NCBI GenBank assembly: GCA_002245135.1
Contig: NGBS01000306.1
Location: 1-64,000 of the forward strand
DNA length: 64,000 bases
From: Proteromonas lacertae
Taxonomy: Eukaryota
Reading direction: 5' to 3'
Notes under the pieces: generated by a model
Told to the model about the DNA's origin: nothing
The model's input: the letters and a program-made list of their open reading frames with translations, nothing else
The model's database searches: none
In this document: in pieces, positions 24,125-37,025 of the stretch
Position numbering within the stretch: the stretch's first letter is position 1
Layout of the letters: each line of letters opens with the position of its first letter
Made by a program: the position numbers and the translations under genes

Positions 24125-25803
24125 ATGTCATTTATTAGATGTAAAGACCAAAGTATTCATACTAACGTTATACATCTGAGATGGACAAGAAAAATTAAAA
24201 ACAGTATAACAAGCAAAGATGAATTTGAGAGTGTTTTATCAAAATATGGAGTGGTAAAAGACATATTATTTCCAATTGAGTATATTTGAATGTTTTAAAT
24301 ATTATAAATAGTAAAAGTTTTGGTTTTATAGAATATGAGAGTGTAGAATGTGCAGAATTAGCATATGAAGGTGTTGACAATAAAGAATGTCCAATATTGA
24401 ATGGAAACATAATACACTGTGAATGGGCTTCTCGTGTAAAAGAAAGTAAATGTGTAATTGAAAAAGAAAGTTTAAGTTGGTGTTATGAAAAGAATCCAAC
24501 AATCCCAGAAATTCATATTAATTCCTATACTTATGATTTTAGTGAAATCCTAAATGAAATAAAAATCAGTAATGTTAAAAACATAGTTTTTCAAAATGAA
24601 GAAGAAATATCATCCATACCTTGTTTCAATGAATGTATAAAATATTTCAATTCCATTTATGGTACTTCATTTAATTATTGTGCTGTTCATACATTAAGAG
24701 CAGATAGTGATACTAGCAGTAGTAGTAGTGATAGTGATAATAAAAATAAAAACAATTACTATTATTCAGGAATAATATCTCATTCACATTTCCAACCTCC
24801 TTATCTAATAATCGCAATGACTTTATTTCCAGTAATATTAATATCTCCTTCAGGAAGTTCAATACCATTATTATTAAATAACAATGATTCAATGCTATTA
24901 GAAGGAGAAGTAGGCTATATATGGGAATATAAAAGTGCAAACATCAGTAAATCATTACAAATCGAAAATAAAGAAACTAAAATAAATGAAATTCAGTTTT
25001 TAGAATTAAGAAATACAAATAATGGAATATGTGTGTGTAAATACTTACAATATTGTGATAGTCAAATAAACAGTGATAGATCCTCTGCAAAACCAACAGA
25101 TGAAGAAATCAATCATGTTCATAATGTATATGATAATATTGCTGAACATTTTAACCATACAAGATATAATACATGGCCAAATGTAGAAAAATTCTTATTA
25201 GATTTAGAAGATGGAAGTTTAGTATGTGATGTAGGATGTGGAAATGGTAAATATATGAAAGTAAATAAAAATATCGAAATAATAGGATGTGATCGAAGTG
25301 AAAATTTGTTAGAAATTTGTAGAAATAAAAAGTGTGAAGTATGTTATTGTGACGCTTTGTTATTACCATATCAGTATATATATATATATATTTATTTATT
25401 TAGAGATAATATATTTGACAGTGTAATATGTATAGCATTATTACATCATTTGAGCACTCCAAATCATCGATTGAGAGTGATAGAAGAAATAATTCGAATA
25501 TTGAAGGTGAATGGTAAGTGTTTGTTGTATGCTTGGGCTTATGAACAAAAAGAGAGTAAAAGGACATTTGAAAGTCAAGATTGTTATGTTCCTTGGAATT
25601 TGCAAAAGTGTTATTCAAACACAGACACAATTAAGAAAGAATTAGTAGAAGAAAAAGAAGATGTAGTTGTATTGAATAGATATTGTCATGTATTTCATGA
25701 AGGTGAATTGGAAATCTATTTAGAGAAGTTCAATAACGTAAAATTAGTTGATCATTATTATGACCATGCGAATTGGTGTATTTTATTTGAAAAATGTAGT
25801 TGA
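24125..25803 (+). CDS. ALKBH8: ALKBH8/Trm9-like tRNA wobble-U methyltransferase (RRM + degenerate AlkB + Zn finger + MTase)
   Basis: RNP1-like FGFIEYES, CVCKYLQYCD, HVHNVYDNIAEHFNHTRY..WP, DVGCGNGKY, IALLHHLST..R, RYCHVF..GEL, NWC; introns near 24280 and at 25374-25403. Confidence 0.88.
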
Positions 25804-26029
25804 AATATAATTATGTTTTTTATTATTGTTTGTGTATGTTTTATGATATTCTTATGGATGATAATTTCACATCCATTGTTAAAAGCCGTAATGTTGGGAA
25901 AATGTATATTAAGAATGAATATTGAATGTCATAATTTATGTAATATAGATTAAGTAAATGTTTTTGTTTTTCATCAAAAATAAATAACAAAAAATATGAA
26001 ATATAACAAAACTGAATTGAATTAACCTT

Positions 26030-28700
26030 TTACAATTTATCAAGGAATTGATCAAGTGGTGGAATATCTGGATTAATACCTTTTCTTTTACGAATATCAA
26101 GAACTATTTCATTACATTTAGATCCAGCAGCTAATGGAGAACCACCAGGAAGAATTTGCCAATGATGGAATGAACATTGTGGGAAAGCTTTACCACCTGT
26201 AGCACTACGTAAATCTTGTGTAAATCCAAATGATTCAGCGACTGGAATATAAGCTCTTACAGTGATCATTGGAGTACCAACTTGATCTTCTTCTTCAAAT
26301 ACATGTCCTCTACGTTTTGTCAATACACCATAAATACCACCAGCATCAGTCTTTGGTACTTGAATTTCAGCTAAGAAGACTGGTTCTAATAAGTTTGGTT
26401 CACCAGTTAAGATACATGCAGATACAACACGTCTTGCAGTAGGCATGATTTGACCCATACCTCTATGGATTGAATCACTGTGAAGTGTTACATCATTGAT
26501 CTTAAATACACAGTTTCTTAATGGTTCATCACATAATGGACCATTTAATGTAGCCCAATTGAAACCAGCAATTATTGATTCTTTTACTTCATTTAAGTAT
26601 TGTACAGCACTGGTTGAATCAAATAAAAGATTTGGTCCAGTTCCATCTGGTCCAAATGCCCATAATTTTTGTCCAACAGCTTGATCAATACCATATTTCT
26701 CTGCTAATAAACGAGCTCTGGCTTTGAATTCTTGTGCTGGTGTAATATCATTCTTTTCAATAGCTTCAGCTAAACCTTCAGCACCTGGTTCACCAGTCAT
26801 CCAAATACGGTTATGTTTGTTAGCTGATTTTGATAAACATACATCTGATAATTTAGTAACAGTTTCTCTGAATGATACAACTGGTGGTGAAACCTTTATC
26901 TTAGTACCTTTCATGAAATCATCTTGTAAATCTTTCAAACAGATTTCTAAATGTAATTCACCAGCACCAGCAATAATATGTTCACCACTTTCAGTATTGG
27001 ATTGTACTACAACCATAGGATCGGACTTTGATAATCTCTTAAGACCTTCAATAAGTTTTGGTAAATCAGATGGATTGGCAGGTTCTACAGCAACTCTGAC
27101 GACTGGAGATACAGAGAACTTCATGGTTCTCATAGCATGAGCTGGTTCATAATCAGTAATTGTAGCTTGTTTTAAGATGTATTGATCTACACCAACTAAA
27201 CCACAGGTGTTACCACATGGAATATCAGCTACTTTTTCTACAGTTCTTCCCATCATAACTACAGTTGATTGAATATTCTTTACATTCAATTCACTCTTGT
27301 TTTCTGGACTGTAGTTTGAACCTAAGATTCTTACTTTTTGACCAGATGCAATAGTTCCAGAGAATACTCTTCCAAATGCATAGAATCTAGTTTGATCAGC
27401 AGTGGGTACCATCTTAGATACATACATCATCAATACACCCTTAGGATCACAAGCTAACATACCTTTACCAGCATCATCATCTAATGGTCCAGTGTATAAT
27501 AAAGCAGTACGGTATTTTTGAGCAGTTCTTGGTGATGGTAATCTAAGCACAATCATCTCTAATAAAGCATCAGCAGCTGGCAACCATTTTTGCATAACTC
27601 TCTTTAATAATACTTTATCTCTGAAATCTTGTTCTTCTGCTGTTAATTTTACTCCCAAGCTTTCTAACATCTTTGTGTATTTATCTCTGTTTCCTTCCAT
27701 GATTTCGTGGAATAATTTACAGATTGGATCTAAGATGAATTGTACAAAGGCTCTTCTCAATGGTTTCTTTCCTTGTGCTTTTCTCTCCTCTTTCTTATCA
27801 GTCTTTACCCATTTCTTATTATCAGCATCATAGAAGTTATCACCCCATAATTTTTCCATCATCTTTTTTTCTTCAATTCCGAACTTTACTGCATACATTC
27901 TAGCGAATCTATCTAATGTGAAACCCCATTGATGTAAACCTGAACCAAAAGCTACAGTACCAGCTTGTGGATATACTTGAACATCACCTAAATCTTCATC
28001 TGGATAGGTTGAAATAATAACGTTAGCTGATTCTACAGTCTTGACTAAACTTTGATAAGCATCTTCTGGTTCTAAGTTCAATTCTAAAATACATCTATCC
28101 ATCTTGTTACACATAAGAACTGGTCTAATACGTTCACCTAAAGCTTGTCTCAATACAGTTTCGGTTTGTACACAAACACCTGATACTGAATCTACTACGA
28201 CTAAAGCACCATCTGTAACACGAAGAGCAGCTGTGACTTCTGAACTGAAGTCAACGTGGCCCGGTGAATCGATTAAGTTGATTAAGAAAGAGTTATGAGA
28301 AATGTTTGCATCATCTCCATCTTCTGGAGCTCTAATTAATTCAGACATATCTGTAGCGCCTTCTTTTGGTGGATTGTATTCGAAATAAAGGGAAATACCA
28401 GTTGACTTGATGGTAATACAACGTTCTTGTTCATCTGCTCTTGTATCAGTGTATCTGGAATCTCCAGCTGCGGCTTTTGAGATAATACCTGCTTTTTGGA
28501 CAAGTGAATCGGTTAAAGTAGATTTACCATGATCGACGTGAGCAATAACAGACAAGTTACGAATGTTATCTTGCATGTCTAGAATACAATAAAATATAAT
28601 ATAATACCCATCATAGATCTGATTTGATCAATTGTGAAGTGTGGCTATAAATAATAAACATAATGCATTGATAAGAATAATAGTAATAGTTTTATACCAT
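26030..28700 (-). CDS. EEF2: Translation elongation factor 2
   Basis: [38 protein letters not shown], diphthamide loop [12 protein letters not shown]; exon 1 is ATG only (28698-28700), exon 2 is 28608-28644. Confidence 0.99.
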
Positions 28701-29011
28701 TTTTTCTTAGCTGAATCACTAGAACTCTAGAAAACTTTGATATAATGCAACAGAATTACTTTAATGCAATTCACGTTGGATTGATTTTAATTAGTCTATT
28801 TTTGTATGTAATTTGGATCTGACGTGAAAACTCGAACCAAATTTTAGGCTTGCAATTTAATAAATAGTCATTCAATTAATATTAAGCCTTGCATGTTTTA
28901 TACAAAAAACCCAAAAGTTTGTTAAATTCACAATGTTATATACAGAATTCTTACACTCCATATGCACTGTTAACAATATACAATTGGTTAAAATAAATTA
29001 AAAATTTGGAG

Positions 29012-29429
29012 TTAATTAATTAGAGCAACAAATTCTTCTTCACCAACTTCATGATCAGGACATTGAACTGTACAGTATATTGCATCTAAAGCTTTCTGAC
29101 ATTCCTCTGGAGTTAATTTATCATGTCCTTGAGGTAAAAACATTGTAAATAATGTCACTTTATCTTGATGGCTGTAATAATCATCTGGCTATTACAAAAA
29201 TATAGAGAAATATAGTATACTTTTTCACCAGTCTCTCTATAGTGTTTTAATTTCATTGTTTGATCAATTAAAAAGGAATATGGATCTTCTGGCCTTTCTT
29301 TTAATAATTGTGTCATTAATTCCTATTATACATTATTGATTCTAAAGGTACTGAGATAAGTTCGTGTAAATGATTTTCTTCGAAATATCTTTCAGCTTCA
29401 AGTTTAGGGTCTTTTCTAATTATTGGCAT
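29012..29429 (-). CDS. RIIa/Dpy-30-type dimerisation domain plus degenerate EF-hand protein (EFCAB10-like)
   Basis: Spliced: MPIIRKDPKLEAERYFEENHLHELIS|ELMTQLLKERPEDPYSFLIDQ...TLFTMF...LTPEECQKALD..; two introns. Confidence 0.7.
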
Positions 29430-29552
29430 TATTGTTTAGGTTATCTTCCTTTTGTAGAAGAGTAAAATATAAAAAATAGAATCAGAAACGACTAATACAA
29501 CAAACAATTGTTGGAAGTAAAGTCATTTTCATCATTTTAATTCATTACACTA

Positions 29553-30949
29553 ATGTCTGATAATTGGGCTGATTACGAAGAAGAAACTACTGAAGTTCAG
29601 TATATAATTGATTTATGCAAAAATAATAGAGAAGAAGGTTCAGATGAAGAAGAACGTAGAGAAGTGCCACGTGCTGCTCCTACCGGTGAAACTACACCAA
29701 AAGCAACTAATGACACACATATTGATGTATAATTTCGTGAATTTATTGGAATTAGATTCAAATCAAAAATGTTCCACTCGAAGTAGATGAAAAAGCATTA
29801 AGAGATGCTTTATTCGATTGGAATGTATATTTTAATGTTATTATTTATTAATAGTACAACGTTATTTGTCATTGGAAGGTTAAAGATGAATCATCACAAG
29901 TTTATGCCATATCAATCACATTAAAAGATGGCAAACCACAATGGGAAGATATAATGCAACGTGATTTGATATTAGGAGGAAAGAAAACTCAATTCGATTA
30001 TTATGAAGATCGTCGAAAGAGAAGCAATTATAGAGGTGGAAGAGGTGGTAGAAGAGACAACAATGGTGGTGGTGGCAGTAGAAGTGGAAGAGGTGGTTAT
30101 AACAATAATAATAATAGAAGACAAGGTAATAGAAATTATAATAATAATAATACAACAAATCCATCCAATCCAGCTGGTATAAATTATCGAAGAAATAACA
30201 ACAACAACTATAATAATAACAATAACGGTAGACCAAATTATCATAATAATAATAATAATAATAACAATAGAAGAATGGAACATGATAAAGAAGAATCATT
30301 TAAAGCTGAACCTATTCCAGAAGATAAGAGAATTAAAATTTTACCAAGATCCAAACCAGCAGAAGCTGAACCAGAAATTGCACCAGATACACATAATGTA
30401 TTTGGTGGTGCCAAACCAAGAGAAGTTAGACCAACTGATTATATTCCACCACCACCATCAACAACAACAACAACAACAACAACAACAACTAGTAATACAG
30501 CTGAGAGTGTATTACCACAACCATCCAATCCTGTAGAATCAACTACAACTCCAGCATTACAACCACCTGGTTATAAAGAACATACTACCAATAAGGATAG
30601 TAAATATAGAAGTAACAATAGAGGAAATAACAATTATAATAATAATCGAGGTGGAAGAGGAGGAAATTATAGGAATAATAATAACAATAATAATAGCCAC
30701 AATGGCGAAGAAGGTGGTGAAAGAAGAAATTATGGTGATTTTAGAAGAAAGAATAACAGAGATTCAAGGAAATCTAATACTGCTACTACACCAACTACAT
30801 CAACTCCACCAGTGAAGGAAGATGAAGAGGGATTTGTACCTGTTACTGGAAAAAGAGCTCTTAAGCAGAAACAAGATAAAATTAAGGAAGATTACAAACC
30901 AAGTTCTGATTCTAAACTTTTTTCTAATAAATTTGCAGATTTAGCATAA
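29553..30949 (+). CDS. eIF4B/eIF4H-like RNA-binding protein (RRM-like plus RGG/Asn-rich)
   Basis: N-terminal NWADYE, RRM-like IQIKNVPLEVDEKALR, RGG tracts, RIKILPRSKP...NVFGGAKPRE, and C-terminal NKFADL. Confidence 0.7.
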
Positions 30950-31113
30950 AGTTTTTTTTAATTATTAAAAAAAATACTTTTGTCATATCATTGTTTTTAA
31001 GGATTATAGAAACAAATCAACAAAATATTAAAAAAATAAAGAGGATTTCTTTTAAAGGTAGAACATATGGAAAAGATGTATGCTACATTTGTTGAACACT
31101 TAATATTATATTT

Positions 31114-32167
31114 CTATACTCTCAACATCTGAATCTTTCTGTTAAATGCTATTGATATCCAATCAGGATGGCAGGTAGACCATTGTAACGCATCAATCTC
31201 ATAACCAGCATTATATGCAAGAATAGGATCCATTGGAGTTACAATTCTTGACAAATTCCATATTAATGCTTTACTATCATCACCAGCAGTACAAATATGA
31301 CATGCAGAATGTGGTGCCCATGATAAGCAATTTACTGATGAAGTATGGCCTACTAACTCTATAACTGGACGAGAAGGGACTCTAACGTCTAATATGACAC
31401 TTTTATTACTATCTTGTAATACTGTAGCAATATAAAATGCATCTTGTTTGTTCCAAGCTATTCTTAATATGGGATTAGGATTTTCATATAAAATTGTGGA
31501 ATGTTCTAAGTTTCTTAGATCGAACATTCTAACTGAACCATCTGCACCTACTGTACAGAATACATCTTTACCGTTAGCAAAAACAAAGTCATAAACTTCA
31601 TTATCATGTGCAATTAGTTGAGTTTTGACTTTTTGTGTTTCTAAATCCCATATTGTGCAAGTTGTGTCTATACTAGAAGTACCAATCATATTAAGATCAT
31701 AATCATTCCAATCAAAAGATGTTAATGGTGATGAAAATTCTGTATTGGAGCTCTATTGATGTATAAAAATATATTAAACATACATTTTTGAGTTTGGCAA
31801 TGCTTGAGACGGAGTTATCATCGGCTACTTTCCATATTCGAAGACAATCACCTGAAGTAGCTAATATATCTGGTTTTTGTGATTGTTTATCAGGGATCCA
31901 CATTAGCTTTGTTGGTGGATATTGATGTACAAAAGAGCTTCTTTCAACATACTCACCTCTCTCTTCGTCTAACTGTATAATCTATTCACAAAAAAATAGA
32001 AATAATTAATGTACTTTTATTTGGTTTTCATAATCCTCCAAGAAGCTTCCGAAAGCTAATCTATATTTATGACGGGGGTCGGATCTCACTGACCAGTTTA
32101 TTGAATAAACAGGCCATGGAGCATCATATGTGTATATTTCTTTTTGCTTAGATTCCTCCTTTGACAT
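31114..32167 (-). CDS. DCAF7: DDB1- and CUL4-associated factor 7 (WDR68/Han11)
   Basis: [87 protein letters not shown]; two introns. Confidence 0.95.
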
Positions 32168-32808
32168 GATAATGCAAAATCAAAAAAATCAAGAATTCGA
32201 ACCGTTATTGTGCCGTTGCGTTAATGATTGAGTTTATGAGGGCGATTATTTTAGTTATGAGTACCAGTGGTATTAGTATGTACAAAAATGCAAAAAACTA
32301 GGTGGATCATAGATTAAGTGTATAGATCTTTAATAAAAAGAAGAGCTAAACACACAAACAGCATAAATATACACATAAATATAAATTATTATAATTTTTT
32401 TTCTAAAAAACTCACTAATAGTTGAGAAATCAACAATTATGAAAAGATCAAAATTTAAAATAATTAAATTAGCATTTCTAAAAATTTAATAAAATATGCA
32501 AGTTAGGTAGTGATATTGTATTAATTTATGTAGCGTTTTAGATTTAATAATGAAGTGCACAATCTTCAGCATATACCCTAAAAATCTAATTATTTATCTA
32601 ATTCAGTAGACAGGATTTAACATATCTATGGTTTTAATAATAATATACTAAAGCTATTTACCCTAAAATCACACTTATCTAATCTTTAAAAGCTCTGCTT
32701 AAAGATATCTTTTTTTTATTCTTTTTTAGCACAATTAAAACTGGTAAAAACTATTCACTGACCTTAAAAAAGTATTTTTCAGTATGATATAAGAAACTGT
32801 TTTTTGTA

Positions 32809-33950
32809 ATGAATAATTCAAAACTACTGAGTATTTATGCATTATATAAGGGTGATTGTATTATTAATTTATCACTCTGTAATTTAAACCAAAACATACC
32901 TCAATTGTGTCGTTTGTTCCTTGGATTGACTTCTTTTTTCGAGTATGGTTATACTAATGTTATTTATAGGCAAAATATATCACATATGAGCTTAGAACCA
33001 TACTATTATTCAATTTACTCCAGAAATGACTTGATTTTAGTACTTGAGTCAAATTTGAGCGATTTAAAAGATTTATATTCTTTTGTATAATTTATGTTAA
33101 TGTATAAATTAGATTCTGATGGAAATAGCTCATCCTTTAAATCTTGATGAATTAAATCTTCTAAATAGTATGAATAATCTCATAGATATTATATATTCTT
33201 AGTATCTGAACATAATTCAGAAGAGTATACAATAGATTCATCTCTCCAAACACAAAATCTTCAACAATATCAAACAAAACCAATGTTATCTTATTTTGTT
33301 GTATAGATAAATACATTATATTTTATTAGTCAAACTATTTAAAACCAATATTATTATCTCCATTACCTAATTTACATCAAATTCCATTCATTTCTTTATT
33401 TCTTGTTTCTAATTCAAAACAATCAATTCTATTTCAATATCCTGAAAAGAAGGATTTAACAATATATCCATATTCTTTTATATACACTGAATCTAATTAT
33501 AATATGTTTTATAAGGTTTGTTATAGAATATCCAAAGAAATATACACCAATAATAATAATGATGATTTTAAATGGACAATAATCTATGATTTAGCTCAAG
33601 AAATAGATGAAAAGAAATATTTCATTACATTTTATTATTATATGATAAATGATGATTATTGTATAATATGTGTAAAAAAGAATAATGAAATATTGAAAGA
33701 GGCAAGTATTCCATTTCCATTATTGGATTTACCAACAACAGATAAACAAATTTATTTCTTTGATAGAGATAAAAGTGTTATTCCAGATATATTTCAACCA
33801 TATTTTTCTGATTTATTACAATATATTTCATTATTAATTAAACCAATTGATAGTGTTATTCTAAAACCGCAAGCACCTCCAATAAAGAAAGGAGAAAATA
33901 AAATTCACCATTTCAGAAGAAACCTATGTATCGATACAAGTGATTTGTAG
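32809..33950 (+). CDS. Hypothetical multi-exon protein (possibly longin-domain, CCZ1/INTU-like)
   Basis: Several GT-AG mini-introns link ORFs 32809-33090 and 33504-33950; the family guess rests only on the N-terminal pattern. Confidence 0.45.
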
Positions 33951-34019
33951 ATTTACAATAAAAAAAAAAAGTAAAATATTAAAATAAATAGTATTCAATT
34001 AAATGTTTTTTATTTTGAT

Positions 34020-34798
34020 TTATATATCATTGAATGGGTTATCTGGTGGTAATTCCAATTCTTTTATGTTTGTATTTTTTAATGGATCATTTCCACTTCC
34101 ACCTACTGTATATGGATTTTCAGTCTTTTTAATATCTTTTTCAATTACTTGAATTGGATTTACAATTGATGTTGCTATTTCAATAGGTTTATTATTTGAA
34201 TCTACAACTCTATTAATATCAGCTTCAGCTCTGTACAATTCACCTCCAAATTTGAATGATGGATGTGTAAAGATTATAAAACAATTGAATAATGCATTTA
34301 CCATTGTTAATATACCAATTGAAATGCCAATCCATTCTCTTGAAGCCATACACAAACTTGCCATACTATTTTTATATATAAATAAACATTATTATAATAT
34401 ACAAACTTATAAATAAAGCTCTACCTATGAATGAAAATAGAAAACCAAAATTATCTCTGATTAATTCTGCTATTGAAGCTATTCTTAATTCAAATACTAT
34501 TAATGTTGTTCCAAAGAAACTAAATAAATGAATTACAACATTAATATATTACGCTGTATATGCAAAAAGCCAAAAATTAGTGAATGAGAATTTAGTATAC
34601 TTTGCACAAAACAATATTGGATAGCAGGCTATCAATAGCATCCCGTTGAATATATTTAATATTCTCATCACTTGAATAACAGCATTTGAAGTTAATGACC
34701 TTATTCTTTATAATTGTTTAGTATAATTCTAAAAAGTACTTATCTGCTAGAGACTCTTCACCTACAACAATCGATCTTCTAATCTCGGTAGTATTCAT
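34020..34798 (-). CDS. COPI-associated/TVP15-family Golgi membrane protein
   Basis: Several TM segments with FEL...IRDNFGFLFSFIGRA and FNCFIIFTHP motifs; three introns. Confidence 0.7.
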
Positions 34799-34937
34799 TA
34801 CGTTTTTGATGAAGGTGATTTATATTTTCAACCAAAATTTTTGGATAAATACTTTCATTACCCAAATTAAAAAAATATATTGAAATAATGAATTTGATTA
34901 ATAATATTTATTATTATTTTTTCATAATTACTTTCTT

Positions 34938-36577
34938 TTATTCATAATTATCTGGAGTAATAACATCATCAATTTTCAAAATCATTCTTACTAATTGAGT
35001 AGCAAGCATCATTTGTTGTTGTTTAGATAATAAAGTCTCATAAACACCCTGTTTCTTCATATCGTCAGTCATTGATCCCATACAATCAACACCAATGAAG
35101 TGATTCTTTTCTTCAATCTGTCTAGCTTTCACTTCAGACAATGTAGTGATAGGTGATAAACCACAATTCTCAGCTAAAGCCATTGATATACCATCTAAAG
35201 CATCAGCAAATGCTCTAACAGCATATTGTTCAATACCTGATATCTTATCAGCTTCATCACTAATTGCAACTGAACAGGATACTTCAGGCAGAACCTCCTC
35301 CATATACAATTCTATTATCTTTAATAAGGTTTCTAGTTACACACATAGCATCCCATATTGAACGCTTTGCTTCATCTACAATCATCTTATTACCACCTCT
35401 GATAAAGCATGTCACTGTTTTTGTATTTGGACAGTTTTCTATTACTAATATCTTCTCATTAGTTGTACCATAAGTTACTTCTTTTACTTTACCACAGGTT
35501 CCGAGTTTCTCTTTAGAGATTTCTTCAAATCTTGGAACAATTCTTCCACCGGTAGCTATAGCGATTAATTCCATTTCTACACCACCTACCCATCTTACAG
35601 CTGGTAGATTGTTCTGTAATAATAAGTGATTAGCTTCATCATCAAATCCCCACTGGCAGATCACCATATTAGCACCAGATTTCTTGATTGAGTCAATCAT
35701 ATCAGTGAAATATTTCTGTTCATTGTGAGCTAATTTCTCATAATCCTCAGCTGATGTAATATCCAAGTGATGTTTTGTCTTTGGCTTGGGAGGCTCGAAT
35801 GGACATGTCAAAATTACCATTTTTGGATTTTCTATTTCCTTTGGCATTTGTGGGTGTGACCATTCTTTATCTAATATAATACCATTAATTAAGCAAGTAT
35901 CATGCAATTCACCTCCTGTCTTTGTATGTAATTTAATTAAGTCAAATTGTACATCTTTTCTATCAAGATCAGCAACACTTAATACAGCTTTAACTGCTAC
36001 TTCTGCCATATGACGTTTATATATATTCACAATTTTACTACTCAAAGTGGTCATAGCTGTTTTTATTAAAGGTTCATAATTGTCTTTACTGAATTCAACT
36101 CTGTCAGAAATGGTTTCTAAGTGTTTACAAGCTAAATCACAAGCTCTTTCAAATCCATCAGCAATACGTATTGGATGAATACCTTTATCGAGTAATTTTA
36201 AGGCTTGTTCTAACAAACATCCTGCTAATACTACAACTCCTGTTGTTCCATCACCAATTTCATCATCTTGAGATTGAGATAATTCGACCATTAATTTAGC
36301 AACTTGATGTTCTACATGCATTTCTTTTAATATTGTTGCACCATCATTTGAGACTGTTACTTCACCATCTGGATTTACTAACATCTTATCCATACCTTTT
36401 GGACCTAATGATGTCTTTAATGTATTAGCTACTGTGATTGCGGCTAAAATGTTTGACTATTATGTTAGAAACCATATATAATACTTTTTGAGCTGCTAAT
36501 CCCTTGACACGACTCTTCTTTCCTTGTTCCCTCATAATTATGAATGGACGACCATATTCATCAAAAACTAAACTCAT
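34938..36577 (-). CDS. CCT5: T-complex protein 1 subunit epsilon, one apparent +1 indel at about 35288
   Basis: [75 protein letters not shown]; one intron. Confidence 0.97.
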
Positions 36578-37025
36578 GATTTATAAAAACTATTGAATAA
36601 TATTAATAATGAAAAGCTATTATAGATGGGAATATAAGAGAAATATTTAGAAAGCAAAAAATGCAACAAGAGGTTAGAAAAATAATAAATACATTTCAAA
36701 TGCTTTAAAAAGAGAAACGTTCAGTTATGCGATTACTAAAAAAACATTTTTAAAAATCAAAAATTAATAATGATATACAAACATTTTATGAAAAAATCAA
36801 AACAAATAAAAATACATTGAAACTATTAAATGTAGTAATTATTTCAAATAAACATAATTCAGTGTTGATATTTTTTTATAGTGAATGTTAATACATCAAT
36901 CCACTTTATGTAGCAAAGATAGATTCGCTGTATCGTTTTTGAAATGATCGAAATGATTATAGAAGAGATATAAGTTTCAATAATTTTATTCGTTTTAATT
37001 TTCGTTTTTTTCTATTTTTCTAAAA

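Noticed and set aside
26496..28298. Plus-strand ORFs overlapping EF2 (and similar ORFs antisense to CCT5, FYVE and the RCC1 gene)
   Set aside because: Antisense shadows of strongly conserved coding sequence with no recognisable motifs.
29954..30949. AAT/ACA microsatellites as independent repeat elements
   Set aside because: They encode poly-Asn/Thr tracts inside proteins, as also seen in TTLL and the RCC1 gene.
32190..32380. Possible snRNA/snoRNA or 25-codon ORF upstream of DCAF7
   Set aside because: Locally CG-richer, but I could not match U1-U12 or box C/D or H/ACA consensus convincingly; it may simply be promoter sequence. An Infernal/Rfam search would be needed.
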